Assembly (NCBI GenBank): GCA_964453155.1
Contig: CAYVQU010000007.1
Coordinates: forward strand, 3,036 to 67,035
DNA length: 64,000 nucleotides
Direction of reading: 5' to 3'
From: an uncultured Anaerolineales bacterium
GTDB taxonomy: Bacteria > Chloroflexota > Anaerolineae > Anaerolineales > UBA11858
Shown: positions 53,410 to 62,577 of the stretch, piece by piece
Position numbering within the stretch: position 1 is the first letter of the stretch
Layout: each line of letters starts with the position of its first letter
Made by a program: the position numbers and the translations under genes
The notes under the pieces: generated by a model
Databases searched by the model: none
What the model was told of the DNA's origin: nothing
What the model saw: only the letters and a program-made list of their open reading frames with translations

Positions 53410-53561
53410 TCGGTTTCTTCCTTGTGGCGATCAAATCTCTGAACCCTTCTGGAGATAAGGACCAAAAAATGATTAAGTAAATGTTGGTCGCCCAGTTTGG
53501 GTTTCATGATTACTTTTTTCACCACATCATGTTCAGCTTGAGTATGCTAGCCTAATCCTAG

Positions 53562-55334
53562 CTAATCTTTGTCAGGGAGAATGCCTTCATCAGATTGAAC
53601 CGCTAACTGCGCGGTAACTTTTTGAGAAGCGCCCAATGCCAGGTATAGTTCATTAATTGCAGTTTGAACGATATCCTCAACACTGGTTGCCCGCCGCATT
53701 TTGTCCGTAATTTCACGCGCGAGTTGCTGGCGAGTTGCACTTTTTTGAGTGTCCTGATACAACTGCGCACTTTCCAGGGCCAAGCTCATTTGATCGGTGA
53801 TCGTTTGCAACATGTTTATTTCATCGGGCGACCATTCGTCATCTGGGTTGGACTTGCGGACCTTGATCGTTCCCAAAACCTGCCCACCACGCATCACCAC
53901 TGGAAAATCTAAGGCGGGTAGATCATTTCTTTGGGCCGTTTCGGGAATGTTATCCAGGTCTGAAACGCCACTTTCGTTGCAATAATAGCCCAGTGTTAGT
54001 TGTCCACGAAGAAGCTCACTCCAAGATTCGCGACTGAGTTCACCATAAGCCCGGTTGAGAATATTAAAGTTTTCTTGTGCTTGTTGGAAGAGGCTGGCAT
54101 TACTGATGGCCATTGCAATTTGATCGGCCAGCGTTTGGAGCACACTGACATCTTCAGGACTGAAGGCATTAGTAGCCGTACTCATAACATCTAAAGCCCC
54201 AATAATTTCTCCGCGGGCAATCAATGGTAAAGACATTTTGGATTGGGCTTGGGTGTAGACTTCATTACCGACATAAATTGGATCGGTGCTGATATCGTTG
54301 GCTACATATGCTTGCCCGGTGGCAGTCACATGCCCAATAATGCCCTGGACACCAACCTCGAGTTGGAATCCTTGTTCTAGTACGGTTTCCTGATCTTCTC
54401 CAATATCCGCGTGTAAAACTGCCCATTTACCGGTCCGGTCAAGTAGAAAAATACTCTGCCGGTAAAACCCAAAATGCTCATGGATCAAATTGACTGCTCG
54501 GTTAAGAAGTTCATCCTGTTCTAATACCGAAGTTGCCTCTCGAGCGATTGCAGCAGTAGCCTCCAGATAACGGGCTCGTTGTTCAACCTCATGAATTTGT
54601 TGCTCAAAATCAGTATAGAGTTGCTGCAAGTCTGTTTTCATTTGCCCCAATGCATGTCCGACCACCGCGGTTTCTTCCAGACCCAATGAAGGAATTACAA
54701 CCTCCAAATTTCCTTGTCCAATTTCATCAGCGGCATTAACCAAAGACCGTAATGATCTGGTTGCGTATCTGGAGAAAAGGACACTGCTAATGACGACGAT
54801 TGAGATAATGACTATCCCGGTCAGAGTCATGTTGCGAGTAAGCGTGGTGATCGAGGTCTGCAAAGAAGATAAATCGAATACAATTTCTAACGAACCAATT
54901 ACCTCCGATCCCGAGGCGATTGGACCGGCCATAATAACGGTGCTTTCGTGCTCTCGTTCTAAGATGGTTTGTTGCGCAAAAGCCTGGCGAGCCAAATCCC
55001 TGTTCGTTTGCCCCTGAGGTAACCACCCTTCTATTCGGGCGTCAGCGATGGTTTGCCCGGTAGTGTCCCGAACGCCAGCATATAAGATTCTCGGGTCGCT
55101 GATGAAATCTTGCAACATGCGGTCTATCGTCCAGGCATCGAGTTCATAGAGGGGGTTAAACATCAGGTTTGCAGAAACCGATACCAGGGTTTGGTTGCTG
55201 GAAGTTACCAAATCTTGCGATATGCGATTCGCAGTTTGAACACTGGTAGCCACGAAAATAATCAGGGCCAAACCAATGACGATCCCGAAAAATGCTGGAA
55301 CAAGGACTGTAACTCTTGGGCGTCTACTTTGCAT
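53562..55334 (-). CDS. Membrane sensor paralogue: TM + extracytoplasmic domain + TM + HAMP + A-type GAF + half-GAF + conserved tail
   Basis: HAMP: LRSLVNAADEIGQGNLEVVIPSLGLEETAVVGHALGQMKTDL. GAF: HEHFGFYRQSIFLLDRTGKWAVL...IIGALDVMS...LADQIAMAISNASLFQQAQ. RAYGELSRESWSELL. Tail DTQKSATRQQLAREITDKMRRATSVEDIVQTAINELYLAL. Confidence 0.8.
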   Translation of the reverse strand: MQSRRPRVTVLVPAFFGIVIGLALIIFVATSVQTANRISQDLVTSSNQTLVSVSANLMFNPLYELDAWTIDRMLQDFISDPRILYAGVRDTTGQTIADARIEGWLPQGQTNRDLARQAFAQQTILEREHESTVIMAGPIASGSEVIGSLEIVFDLSSLQTSITTLTRNMTLTGIVIISIVVISSVLFSRYATRSLRSLVNAADEIGQGNLEVVIPSLGLEETAVVGHALGQMKTDLQQLYTDFEQQIHEVEQRARYLEATAAIAREATSVLEQDELLNRAVNLIHEHFGFYRQSIFLLDRTGKWAVLHADIGEDQETVLEQGFQLEVGVQGIIGHVTATGQAYVANDISTDPIYVGNEVYTQAQSKMSLPLIARGEIIGALDVMSTATNAFSPEDVSVLQTLADQIAMAISNASLFQQAQENFNILNRAYGELSRESWSELLRGQLTLGYYCNESGVSDLDNIPETAQRNDLPALDFPVVMRGGQVLGTIKVRKSNPDDEWSPDEINMLQTITDQMSLALESAQLYQDTQKSATRQQLAREITDKMRRATSVEDIVQTAINELYLALGASQKVTAQLAVQSDEGILPDKD

Positions 55335-55361
55335 GAAAATCTCTCAAAAAAACCAAAAAAC

Positions 55362-55799
55362 TTATTCTCTAACCGCGGCGAATAACTCTTGTAAATCTTC
55401 CATGGTTCCTACCGGGCCATGGGTAGGGCGTCGAATTGGGTTGTGCCCTCAAAAGCTTCGAATACTGCCCGGCCTTCAGCACTGCGATGAAGGTTGAGCA
55501 ATAGGTCGAAAATCTGTCGGGATAATTCATCATCCATGTCGGGGCGGGCCAAAACAATGTGGCGCGGTACCGCTGGCGTTTCGGCAATGATCCGCCAGGG
55601 GTTGAAAATGCTCTATGGACCAGGCGGGGTCTCCGGCCACATCTCCTAGTACTAAAACTTGGCTAGGCGTTAAATCCGTAGGGGCCTCAATTTCAGTCGA
55701 AGGCGGGGTTGCCCCGCGGTCCTGACAAGCTGCCAGGACCAAAATTAAGCCAATACTTAGGATAAAAACCAGGAAATGAACCCAAAATTTGTTGCTCAA
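55362..55799 (-). pseudogene. Decayed PhnD-like (phosphonate/phosphite ABC-type) substrate-binding lipoprotein gene: internal deletion plus two frameshifts
   Basis: Frame 1 from TTG 55799: SNKFWVHFLVFILSIGLILVLAACQD (lipobox), then VLVLGDVAGDPAWSIEHFQPLAD. Frame 2: IIAETPAVPRHIVLARPDMDDELSRQIFDLLLNLHRSAEGRAVFEAFEGTTQFDALPMAR-stop (55409..55411). Frame 3: GTMEDLQELFAAVRE-stop (55362). Together these amount to only ~145 codons, against ~300 for intact PhnD-type proteins. Confidence 0.6.
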
Positions 55800-55833
55800 A
55801 TCAAAATCCAATAAAAAATTAAAGTTTATCTGT

Positions 55834-58593
55834 TCACTCGGTTTCAGTTGGGGCTTCCAACCGGATGGTGACATCGTAAAGCCCTAATGCATCGCGCATT
55901 TCTTGAATGGTTGATCTCAGAACTGTATTGACATCCAGGGTCTCACGAACCTTCGATGTGATTTCGGCTGTTCGCTGTTCTTGGGCTGCCCGGAACTGGG
56001 TTACCTCTAACAGGCGAGCGTTATCTAACGCCAGGGCTAAACGCTCAGCAATATCATTGACTAGCTCCACCATTTCGGGGGTTATTTCTTCGTTATCTAC
56101 AGATAGATCGATGCTACCCAGGACTGTGTCCCGTAAGATAATTGGGATATCAAGTCGATTTGAACCATTTTCTTCTTGTGATGCGGTCTCAAATATGGGC
56201 TGAATTTGGGCCTCGTGATACCGATAACCACTGCTGGCCAGTGATCTTTGAGTCCATTCTTGCCACGATCGCCGGGTATATTCACCGTAGGCACTCTGCA
56301 ATTCTTCGACCGTAAATTGGAGCTCGGATAATAACTGGTTATTACGGATTGCGATGGCTAATTGATCGGCCATAACTTGCAAAACAACGATATCCTCATC
56401 GTCGAACGCGCCTTGTTCCGTGCTTTGGACATCCAAAGCGCCAATAATGGTTTCACCGACTTTTAGCGGTAAGGCCATTTCTGATCGGGTTTCGGGGAGG
56501 AGCGGATGGGCAAAGTGAGTAACATCTAACCCCACATCCAGGGCAATATGAGGTCGCCCGGTGGCGGTGGTATCACCTACAATCCCAACTTCGCCTACCT
56601 TAAGTTTGTGGTTTTGGGCTAACATTTGCTGGCCGCCTTCACTGCTGGCCGCCTGAAGAACGGCAAACTCCCCCGGTGCATCCAGCAGGAATATCGCAGC
56701 ATGGTAAAACCCAAATCGATCCTCAACCAAATCTACGGCGTTACTCAATAAGGTGTCCAAATCAGAGGCCGCGCTGGCATCGCGGGCAATTTCAGCCGCA
56801 GTTTGAAGTTGTAATGCCCGGCGTTCCAATTCAAGGGTACGATCCGTTACTTGCGATTCCAGCCCAGAGAGTAGATTACGCATCTGGGCCGTCATACTAT
56901 TAAATGTTCCAGCCAGCCGGCCAATCTCATCTTCGGCCACGATGGGCACTTGAATTGTCAGGTCACCAGCTGATATCCGTTCAACCAACTCAGTCAGATT
57001 ACTGATCGGCGCACCAATTAAGCGCGCCGCCCAAATCGCGGCAATAGTCACAATCCCGGTAATCACGATCCCCATCACCAAATTGAACCGGGTTTGGGTA
57101 CCCGCGGCAACCAAAAAAGTTTCTTGGGGCTGGAAGAAGGCGACTTTCCAGGGGCGATTTTCAAGCCGATAAACGGCCACCTGGCTGGTTTCTGCTAACC
57201 AATCGTTGGCTTCTAGAGCAAAAACGGGCGTTGTCTTGGCGTTGTTTAGTCTGTCTTCAAGAGCTGGCTGGTTGATGGTTAGGTTATCGACTGTATCGTT
57301 GGGTAACCGCTGGGAGTCAACAAGATTTTCAAGTCTGGCTGAATTAAATGGAACAACCGATTTGAATTGGTTCTCCGGGTTGCTACCATGGGCCAATTGA
57401 ATATTCAAATCATCAAAAAGGACGCCAAACGAGTTTTCACCACCAGCTTCATTTCGTTCTGCAATCAGGTCTTGTAGGATCGCGGCATCGTAACGCACAA
57501 TCAATAAGCCCAAAGGTTTGTCGCCAATTGATTTAGTTCCTGCTGCGAAATATAAGCTGGAACTCTGTTCGCCTTCATCCAGCATAACCGGCGAGATGAA
57601 GGGGAGATCGGCCACCAAAGCAATTTGCAGGTTTTGTACTACGGTTGGGTTTAAACCCAAGTATTCGGGGATTTGAGTTGTTGACTGAGGGTAACTGGCG
57701 ATCGTATTCCCATCGCGATCTAGTAAATGGTATGACTTGATATAGTCTGGATTCTTGCTGGTTAAAAGCTGCAAGGTATTGATGACCCCGCTCCTGAGAA
57801 TATTGAGACCTTCGGGAGGCAGTTCAAGCGTGCTGCGGAAAATGTCGATTTGGGCGTCTGATTGAATAATATCCAGGTTATCCTGAATGAATTGGTCAAT
57901 TTCACCCCCGGTATGACTGGCAACCAGAGCCAGATTTTGGCTAGCAACATCGGTCAGTGCATTACGGGAGGCAACATTATTGATATAGATCAGAAAACTG
58001 AGGGGAATAATTGCCACCCCAATAAACATAACCAATAATTTTGCCAGCATTGTGAAACTAGAAAACCGTCGAATTAAGACCGTCGCCCCTAATGCCAAGA
58101 TAGAAATAACTGCAATCGGAATAATTATCTCTGAGTTGGGCATCGCGGGGCGCCCAGTATTCCCGTACAAATCCAAAATGATCCCGGCAATCCCACCAAC
58201 AGCGCCTAAGAATATAGCCCGGGGGAGGTTGTGCCGCGGTAGGGTAAACCCGCCAACTGCCCCAACCACCAGGGGAATGCTGAACAGCATAATCCACCCA
58301 TAACCAGCCACCAAAAAAGAAATTAATGGAATGAAAAGGCTGATACCAAATAGTAAAAACCATATTCCTTGAATAGCTTTCCCTCGCCGGCATAGGATCG
58401 TTGCCCAAATACTAATAATCGCAACGCTCAGGGTAATGGCTGCGATCCCCTGCATGGGGATAATACTCCGGTTGAACCCCACCGTAGCCAATGTGGCTGT
58501 AAAAATTACGTGCAAGCCAGCCAATAGTGCTGAAATACGCAGCGCTAGACGGGGGTTGGGCGATTGATTAGGGATGAGAGATTGTGTAGTCAT
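55834..58593 (-). CDS. Membrane sensor paralogue: ~7 TM + double-Cache-like extracytoplasmic domain + TM + HAMP + A-type GAF + half-GAF + conserved tail
   Basis: HAMP: APISNLTELVERISAGDLTIQVPIVAEDEIGRLAGTFNSMTAQM. DRTLELERRALQLQTAAEIARD connector. GAF: EDRFGFYHAAIFLLD...LPETRSEMALPLKVGETIIGALDVQS. SAYGEYTRRSWQEW. Tail VTQFRAAQEQRTAEITSKVRETLDVNTVLRSTIQEMRDAL. Confidence 0.8.
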   Translation of the reverse strand: MTTQSLIPNQSPNPRLALRISALLAGLHVIFTATLATVGFNRSIIPMQGIAAITLSVAIISIWATILCRRGKAIQGIWFLLFGISLFIPLISFLVAGYGWIMLFSIPLVVGAVGGFTLPRHNLPRAIFLGAVGGIAGIILDLYGNTGRPAMPNSEIIIPIAVISILALGATVLIRRFSSFTMLAKLLVMFIGVAIIPLSFLIYINNVASRNALTDVASQNLALVASHTGGEIDQFIQDNLDIIQSDAQIDIFRSTLELPPEGLNILRSGVINTLQLLTSKNPDYIKSYHLLDRDGNTIASYPQSTTQIPEYLGLNPTVVQNLQIALVADLPFISPVMLDEGEQSSSLYFAAGTKSIGDKPLGLLIVRYDAAILQDLIAERNEAGGENSFGVLFDDLNIQLAHGSNPENQFKSVVPFNSARLENLVDSQRLPNDTVDNLTINQPALEDRLNNAKTTPVFALEANDWLAETSQVAVYRLENRPWKVAFFQPQETFLVAAGTQTRFNLVMGIVITGIVTIAAIWAARLIGAPISNLTELVERISAGDLTIQVPIVAEDEIGRLAGTFNSMTAQMRNLLSGLESQVTDRTLELERRALQLQTAAEIARDASAASDLDTLLSNAVDLVEDRFGFYHAAIFLLDAPGEFAVLQAASSEGGQQMLAQNHKLKVGEVGIVGDTTATGRPHIALDVGLDVTHFAHPLLPETRSEMALPLKVGETIIGALDVQSTEQGAFDDEDIVVLQVMADQLAIAIRNNQLLSELQFTVEELQSAYGEYTRRSWQEWTQRSLASSGYRYHEAQIQPIFETASQEENGSNRLDIPIILRDTVLGSIDLSVDNEEITPEMVELVNDIAERLALALDNARLLEVTQFRAAQEQRTAEITSKVRETLDVNTVLRSTIQEMRDALGLYDVTIRLEAPTETE

Positions 58594-58603
58594 ACGGTTT
58601 TTA

Positions 58604-60856
58604 TTACTTGCGAGTCGGATCGATGACGATTGAGGCGTCGGCCACGTTGGGTAATTGGCCTAGTTCGCGCACTGCGGTGCGAATAATGCTGTCGATATCA
58701 ATCGCCCGTGAAAGTCGATTTGAAATCTCACTAACGGTTTGTTCATGCTCGGCCCGTTTTTGGGTTTCATCGAGCAACCGGGCATTATCAAGGGCAATCG
58801 CTACTTGACTGATGGAATCTTGAACTAAATTTAAGTCTTCAGGTGCCCACGGGAGATCGGTTGCTTCTCGGCGAAGCATAATGGTGCCCAGATGTTGATC
58901 GCGCAGTGTAATCGGTACGGAGAGAATATGGCCATTTTCAGCGCTCAAGATTTGGGGTTGATGACGGTTTTGGTGATCCAAGATGCTAATTTGCTCAGTG
59001 CTTGCTGGGGTAACTCGCACTCGATCAAAATAGTAAGCCCGAGGTTGCCCGGTTAATCGGCGGCTCCAGCCTAATCGCATTTCTCTCCCTTGGGTTTGGA
59101 GCAACTCGTCCACCGCACTCTGACTTTGTTCAAGCAATCGGGCATTCTCGATTGCCAAAGAAATTTGGTCGGCTAATACTTGCAATACTTCAACATCGGG
59201 ACCAGAGAATGCCGCGGGTTCGGTAGACTGCACATCTAAAACGCCAATTACCCGTGACCGGATCTTGAGTGGCAAAGCCATCTCAGAACGAGTATTTGGC
59301 AAGTCGGGGTTATCAAAGAAATAGGCATCCGAACCAACATCCAGGGCAATCCTGGGTAATCCAGTTGAAGCTACATATCCCACAACCCCACTTTGCCCGA
59401 CTTCAAGTTTGTGCCCTCGGGACAGCATTTTCTGCCCCCCAATACTGTTGGCCGCTTGTAATACAGCAAATTGGCGGACATTGTCGAGCAAAAAGATACC
59501 GGTATGATAAAAATCAAAGTGATCTGAAATCAGTTCGGCGGTGTATATCAACATTTCATCCAAGTTACGGATGGCGGCAGTTTCTCGGGCAACCAAGGCG
59601 GTGGCTTCCAATTGGCGGCTACGACGTTCAAGCGAACTAGTCCGATCCAAAACCTGGGTTTCTAGCGAGCGATAAAGTTGAGACAAATCATCCGCCATCT
59701 GGTTGAATGTAAAAGATAATTGTCCAATTTCGTCATTACGGTCAACTTGGGCGCGGTGGTCCCATTTTCCTTGGGCAAACTGGGCGGTTATTTCGGTCAG
59801 GTTGATCAGGGGCTTAACCAATCGTTGGGTTCCGATTAGGGTTGCGATGATCACAAATAAACCCAAGGTTACTGCGATCCCTACGATAAAAACACCTAAC
59901 GAATTTAAGCGCCCAAAAGCCACCGAAGTGGGTATTTCAATGACCAATCCAGCCCCTAATGATGGTAACCAGGTGTAATCAGTAATTACCGTTTCTCCAG
60001 AGAAGGATGATATGGTACTAATTTTGTGTTGACTACCTGGCGTTCGAAAAGTGTAAACATCTCGGAATGGCAGGAGGACTTCGGTTTGGCTGTTCGTCGG
60101 TTGCCGGACGGTTAAGGTTTCTTGGTAGGGGTCGATCCCAATAAATTCATTTTGAGCCGTAATAATGTAACTGCTTGCTTGGGGATAATTTCGAGAAACC
60201 TCGTTTAAGAAATTTTGAATACTCAATGAACCAGAGTACCCAAATATTGTCGCAACCAACACATCATCTTGATAAATAGGTACACTAGTGACAACGACCA
60301 GTTCATCTGATGTTAAAGGTCCAGGGCCAAATTCGGCGATCGAACCAGCTTTGGATGACAATGTCTCATAAAAATTGGTATTGGCAACAGACTGCTTGTG
60401 CCACTCTGGGCGGGTGGCAATAAAAATCTCTCCAGAGGGGATGGTGATGAAAAATTCATTGAAGAGTAGTTGGTCTCCAGATTTGGTGGTAGCCTGCAAC
60501 TTTTCTAGAATTGCATCTTTTGCCGCAATGAACTCATAGTTTGATGCAATTCGAATACGGGTGGCTGTCATTAGCTCTTCCTGAAAATCTTCATTGCGGG
60601 CGGCGAGATCCAGGCGGATAATTTTGGTGGTCAACCAAGAATCGATGTCCAGGGCAAAGCGGTTCAAGTTAGTAAATAACTGCGTATTATTTTGATCCTG
60701 TAAAGCTGTTCGAGCAAGAACATAAGTAACGCCCCCCATAATCATCACGGCAATAAGCGTGATCGGCAGCACAATGAATAGAAATGTATTACGAGCTCGA
60801 CCGCTAAATCGGGGAACCGGTTCTAGGGGAGAATTAAAGTTTGGAGTGGATGCCAT
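58604..60856 (-). CDS. Membrane sensor paralogue: TM + Cache-like domain + TM + HAMP + A-type GAF + half-GAF + conserved tail
   Basis: HAMP: KPLINLTEITAQFAQGKWDHRAQVDRNDEIGQLSFTFNQMADDL. GAF: SDHFDFYHTGIFLLD...LPNTRSEMALPLKIRSRVIGVLDVQS. Tail ETQKRAEHEQTVSEISNRLSRAIDIDSIIRTAVRELGQL. Confidence 0.8.
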   Translation of the reverse strand: MASTPNFNSPLEPVPRFSGRARNTFLFIVLPITLIAVMIMGGVTYVLARTALQDQNNTQLFTNLNRFALDIDSWLTTKIIRLDLAARNEDFQEELMTATRIRIASNYEFIAAKDAILEKLQATTKSGDQLLFNEFFITIPSGEIFIATRPEWHKQSVANTNFYETLSSKAGSIAEFGPGPLTSDELVVVTSVPIYQDDVLVATIFGYSGSLSIQNFLNEVSRNYPQASSYIITAQNEFIGIDPYQETLTVRQPTNSQTEVLLPFRDVYTFRTPGSQHKISTISSFSGETVITDYTWLPSLGAGLVIEIPTSVAFGRLNSLGVFIVGIAVTLGLFVIIATLIGTQRLVKPLINLTEITAQFAQGKWDHRAQVDRNDEIGQLSFTFNQMADDLSQLYRSLETQVLDRTSSLERRSRQLEATALVARETAAIRNLDEMLIYTAELISDHFDFYHTGIFLLDNVRQFAVLQAANSIGGQKMLSRGHKLEVGQSGVVGYVASTGLPRIALDVGSDAYFFDNPDLPNTRSEMALPLKIRSRVIGVLDVQSTEPAAFSGPDVEVLQVLADQISLAIENARLLEQSQSAVDELLQTQGREMRLGWSRRLTGQPRAYYFDRVRVTPASTEQISILDHQNRHQPQILSAENGHILSVPITLRDQHLGTIMLRREATDLPWAPEDLNLVQDSISQVAIALDNARLLDETQKRAEHEQTVSEISNRLSRAIDIDSIIRTAVRELGQLPNVADASIVIDPTRK

Positions 60857-60907
60857 AATTGCCTTCTGCGAGTTGGGAGGCTGGTATGTGATAATTCTTC
60901 GCTCAAA

Positions 60908-60935
60908 ATCGAGCAGGATGACAATCCTGCTCGAT
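60908..60935 (-). terminator. Rho-independent terminator after the 60943..62577 gene
   Basis: ATCGAGCAGGAT-gaca-ATCCTGCTCGAT: a 12-bp perfect stem with a 4-nt loop, starting 8 nt after the stop. It is followed on the minus strand by TTTTGAG. Confidence 0.75.
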
Positions 60936-60942
60936 CCATTAC

Positions 60943-62577
60943 TTACTCTGGATCGGTAGTTTCGAGTTGTATCAAACCATCGGTGGCTTGCAAAGTTTGT
61001 CCTAATTCACTCAATGTCGTTTGAAGAATGGTATCGATATTGGTTGATGTCCAAGCTTTACCGGTGAGTTCTGAAACGATCCGGTCGTGTTGCGCGGTGC
61101 GTTGCGTTTCTTCCACCAGCCTTACATTTTCAAGTGCTAAGGCAGCTTGGGTTGAAACGGCTTCGACAAAAGCTTGATCTTCGGGGGTCCAAGGCCCTTG
61201 ATTGCTTTCAAGTTGGATATTGCCAATGACTTGATCGCGCAACACCAGGGGGTGACTGATCCGTGAAACCTGGGCTGAATCGTCAGCTGTGGCCGCCGCC
61301 TGACTTTCGAAAGAAAATATCAGATCTTGTTCCTTGGCGATTACTTGGGTCCAAGCTTCACCGAGGTATTGTTGGTGTAAACGCTGGATCTCTGCCAGGT
61401 TTGTCTGTGACTGCTGGAATAAACGGGCGTTTTCCAGGGCAGTTGCCAAACCATCGGCAACCCCTTGCAACACAATAATATCGTCCTGGTCAAAGGCTTC
61501 CGCTTCAGCCGACTGGATGGTCAACGCACCTAATACTTGCGGACCACTAATCATCGGCAAGGCTAATTCTGAACGGGTTTCTGGTAAATGCGGATTCTCA
61601 AACCGTACTGCGTCTTGACCGACATCTAACGCAATCCTGGCCTGACGTCTAGAGATGGACCAACCGATCATCGAGGTCCCCCCAATGGGCAGGCTGTGGC
61701 GGCTGGCTATCATCGCCTCGCCAGCTATGCCAGTTCCGGCCCGCAATACAGCGTATAAGCCCGAAGTATCAATCAGGAACACCCCAACATAATAAAGGTT
61801 GAAACGCTCTTGCACTAAATCCACAACCTGCTGGAACAACCGTTCTGGATCAAGTTCAGCACTGATTGTGCGGGAAATTTCAGCGGCTGTTCGTACCTGC
61901 ACTTCACGTCGTTCGAGTTCCTGGGTGCGACGTTCGAGCCGCTGACGGTCAGCTTCCAGATCCGTGGCCAGCTGGCGACCGCGCTGGAGACTGCGGTTCA
62001 GCCCGTTGACGATTGCACCCAAGCATAAGATGATCAGCACGCTTACGGCTAGTACCGGAATACTGGTGCTAATCCAAGATGAAAAAACAACCGGTTCGAA
62101 AACGCCGGTAATATCAGGGGGCGCAACAATCCCGCGGTTCATCGCCCATCCCATACTAATCAGGGTTGCCAGGCTAAAGATTGCCGCAGCAAACCCTTGC
62201 CAGGCTCCAAGAAATAAAGCTGTCAAAATGATAAACCCGAGCAGCCAGACGCGGGTATCACCCGCAGTGCCGTATTGCAACCCCGAAATAATGCCAAAGG
62301 CATACAGCATGAAAAGCATCACACTTGCCCGTAGCGTGTAGGGGAGGTTGGGCGAGAAGGCGATGATGGCAATACTGACGAATGCCGCGGTGTAAACAAT
62401 GGCCCACCCCCAAGTGCCATTTTGAAAGGCCAGGACCATATTGATAGCATAGGCCGCGGAACCTACCAGTACCGCACCAAAAAGGGTGAGTGCTACGATG
62501 CGTTCGCGCCAATATTGAACTTCATTTTCAGAGGTTGCCGTGCGGGGGGTTAGTAAGTTGCTGAAGTATCTTCTCAT
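60943..62577 (-). CDS. Membrane sensor paralogue: polytopic N-terminal module + coiled-coil + A-type GAF + half-GAF + conserved tail
   Basis: YWRERIVALTLFGAVLVG..., about 6 spans. RRTQELERREVQVRTAAEISRTI. QERFNLYYVGVFLID...NPHLPETRSELALPMISGPQVLGALTIQS. Tail ETQRTAQHDRIVSELTGKAWTSTNIDTILQTTLSELGQTL. 4-nt overlap with the upstream gene. Confidence 0.8.
   Translation of the reverse strand: MRRYFSNLLTPRTATSENEVQYWRERIVALTLFGAVLVGSAAYAINMVLAFQNGTWGWAIVYTAAFVSIAIIAFSPNLPYTLRASVMLFMLYAFGIISGLQYGTAGDTRVWLLGFIILTALFLGAWQGFAAAIFSLATLISMGWAMNRGIVAPPDITGVFEPVVFSSWISTSIPVLAVSVLIILCLGAIVNGLNRSLQRGRQLATDLEADRQRLERRTQELERREVQVRTAAEISRTISAELDPERLFQQVVDLVQERFNLYYVGVFLIDTSGLYAVLRAGTGIAGEAMIASRHSLPIGGTSMIGWSISRRQARIALDVGQDAVRFENPHLPETRSELALPMISGPQVLGALTIQSAEAEAFDQDDIIVLQGVADGLATALENARLFQQSQTNLAEIQRLHQQYLGEAWTQVIAKEQDLIFSFESQAAATADDSAQVSRISHPLVLRDQVIGNIQLESNQGPWTPEDQAFVEAVSTQAALALENVRLVEETQRTAQHDRIVSELTGKAWTSTNIDTILQTTLSELGQTLQATDGLIQLETTDPE

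Noticed and set aside
55530-55874. 114-aa ORF, and the 72-aa ORF at 55369..55587, as genuine small proteins
   Set aside because: Together with a third frame they spell out the two ends of one PhnD-like lipoprotein. They are better explained as fragments of a frameshifted, internally deleted pseudogene. In addition, the first 25 codons of the 114-aa ORF overlap the upstream gene.
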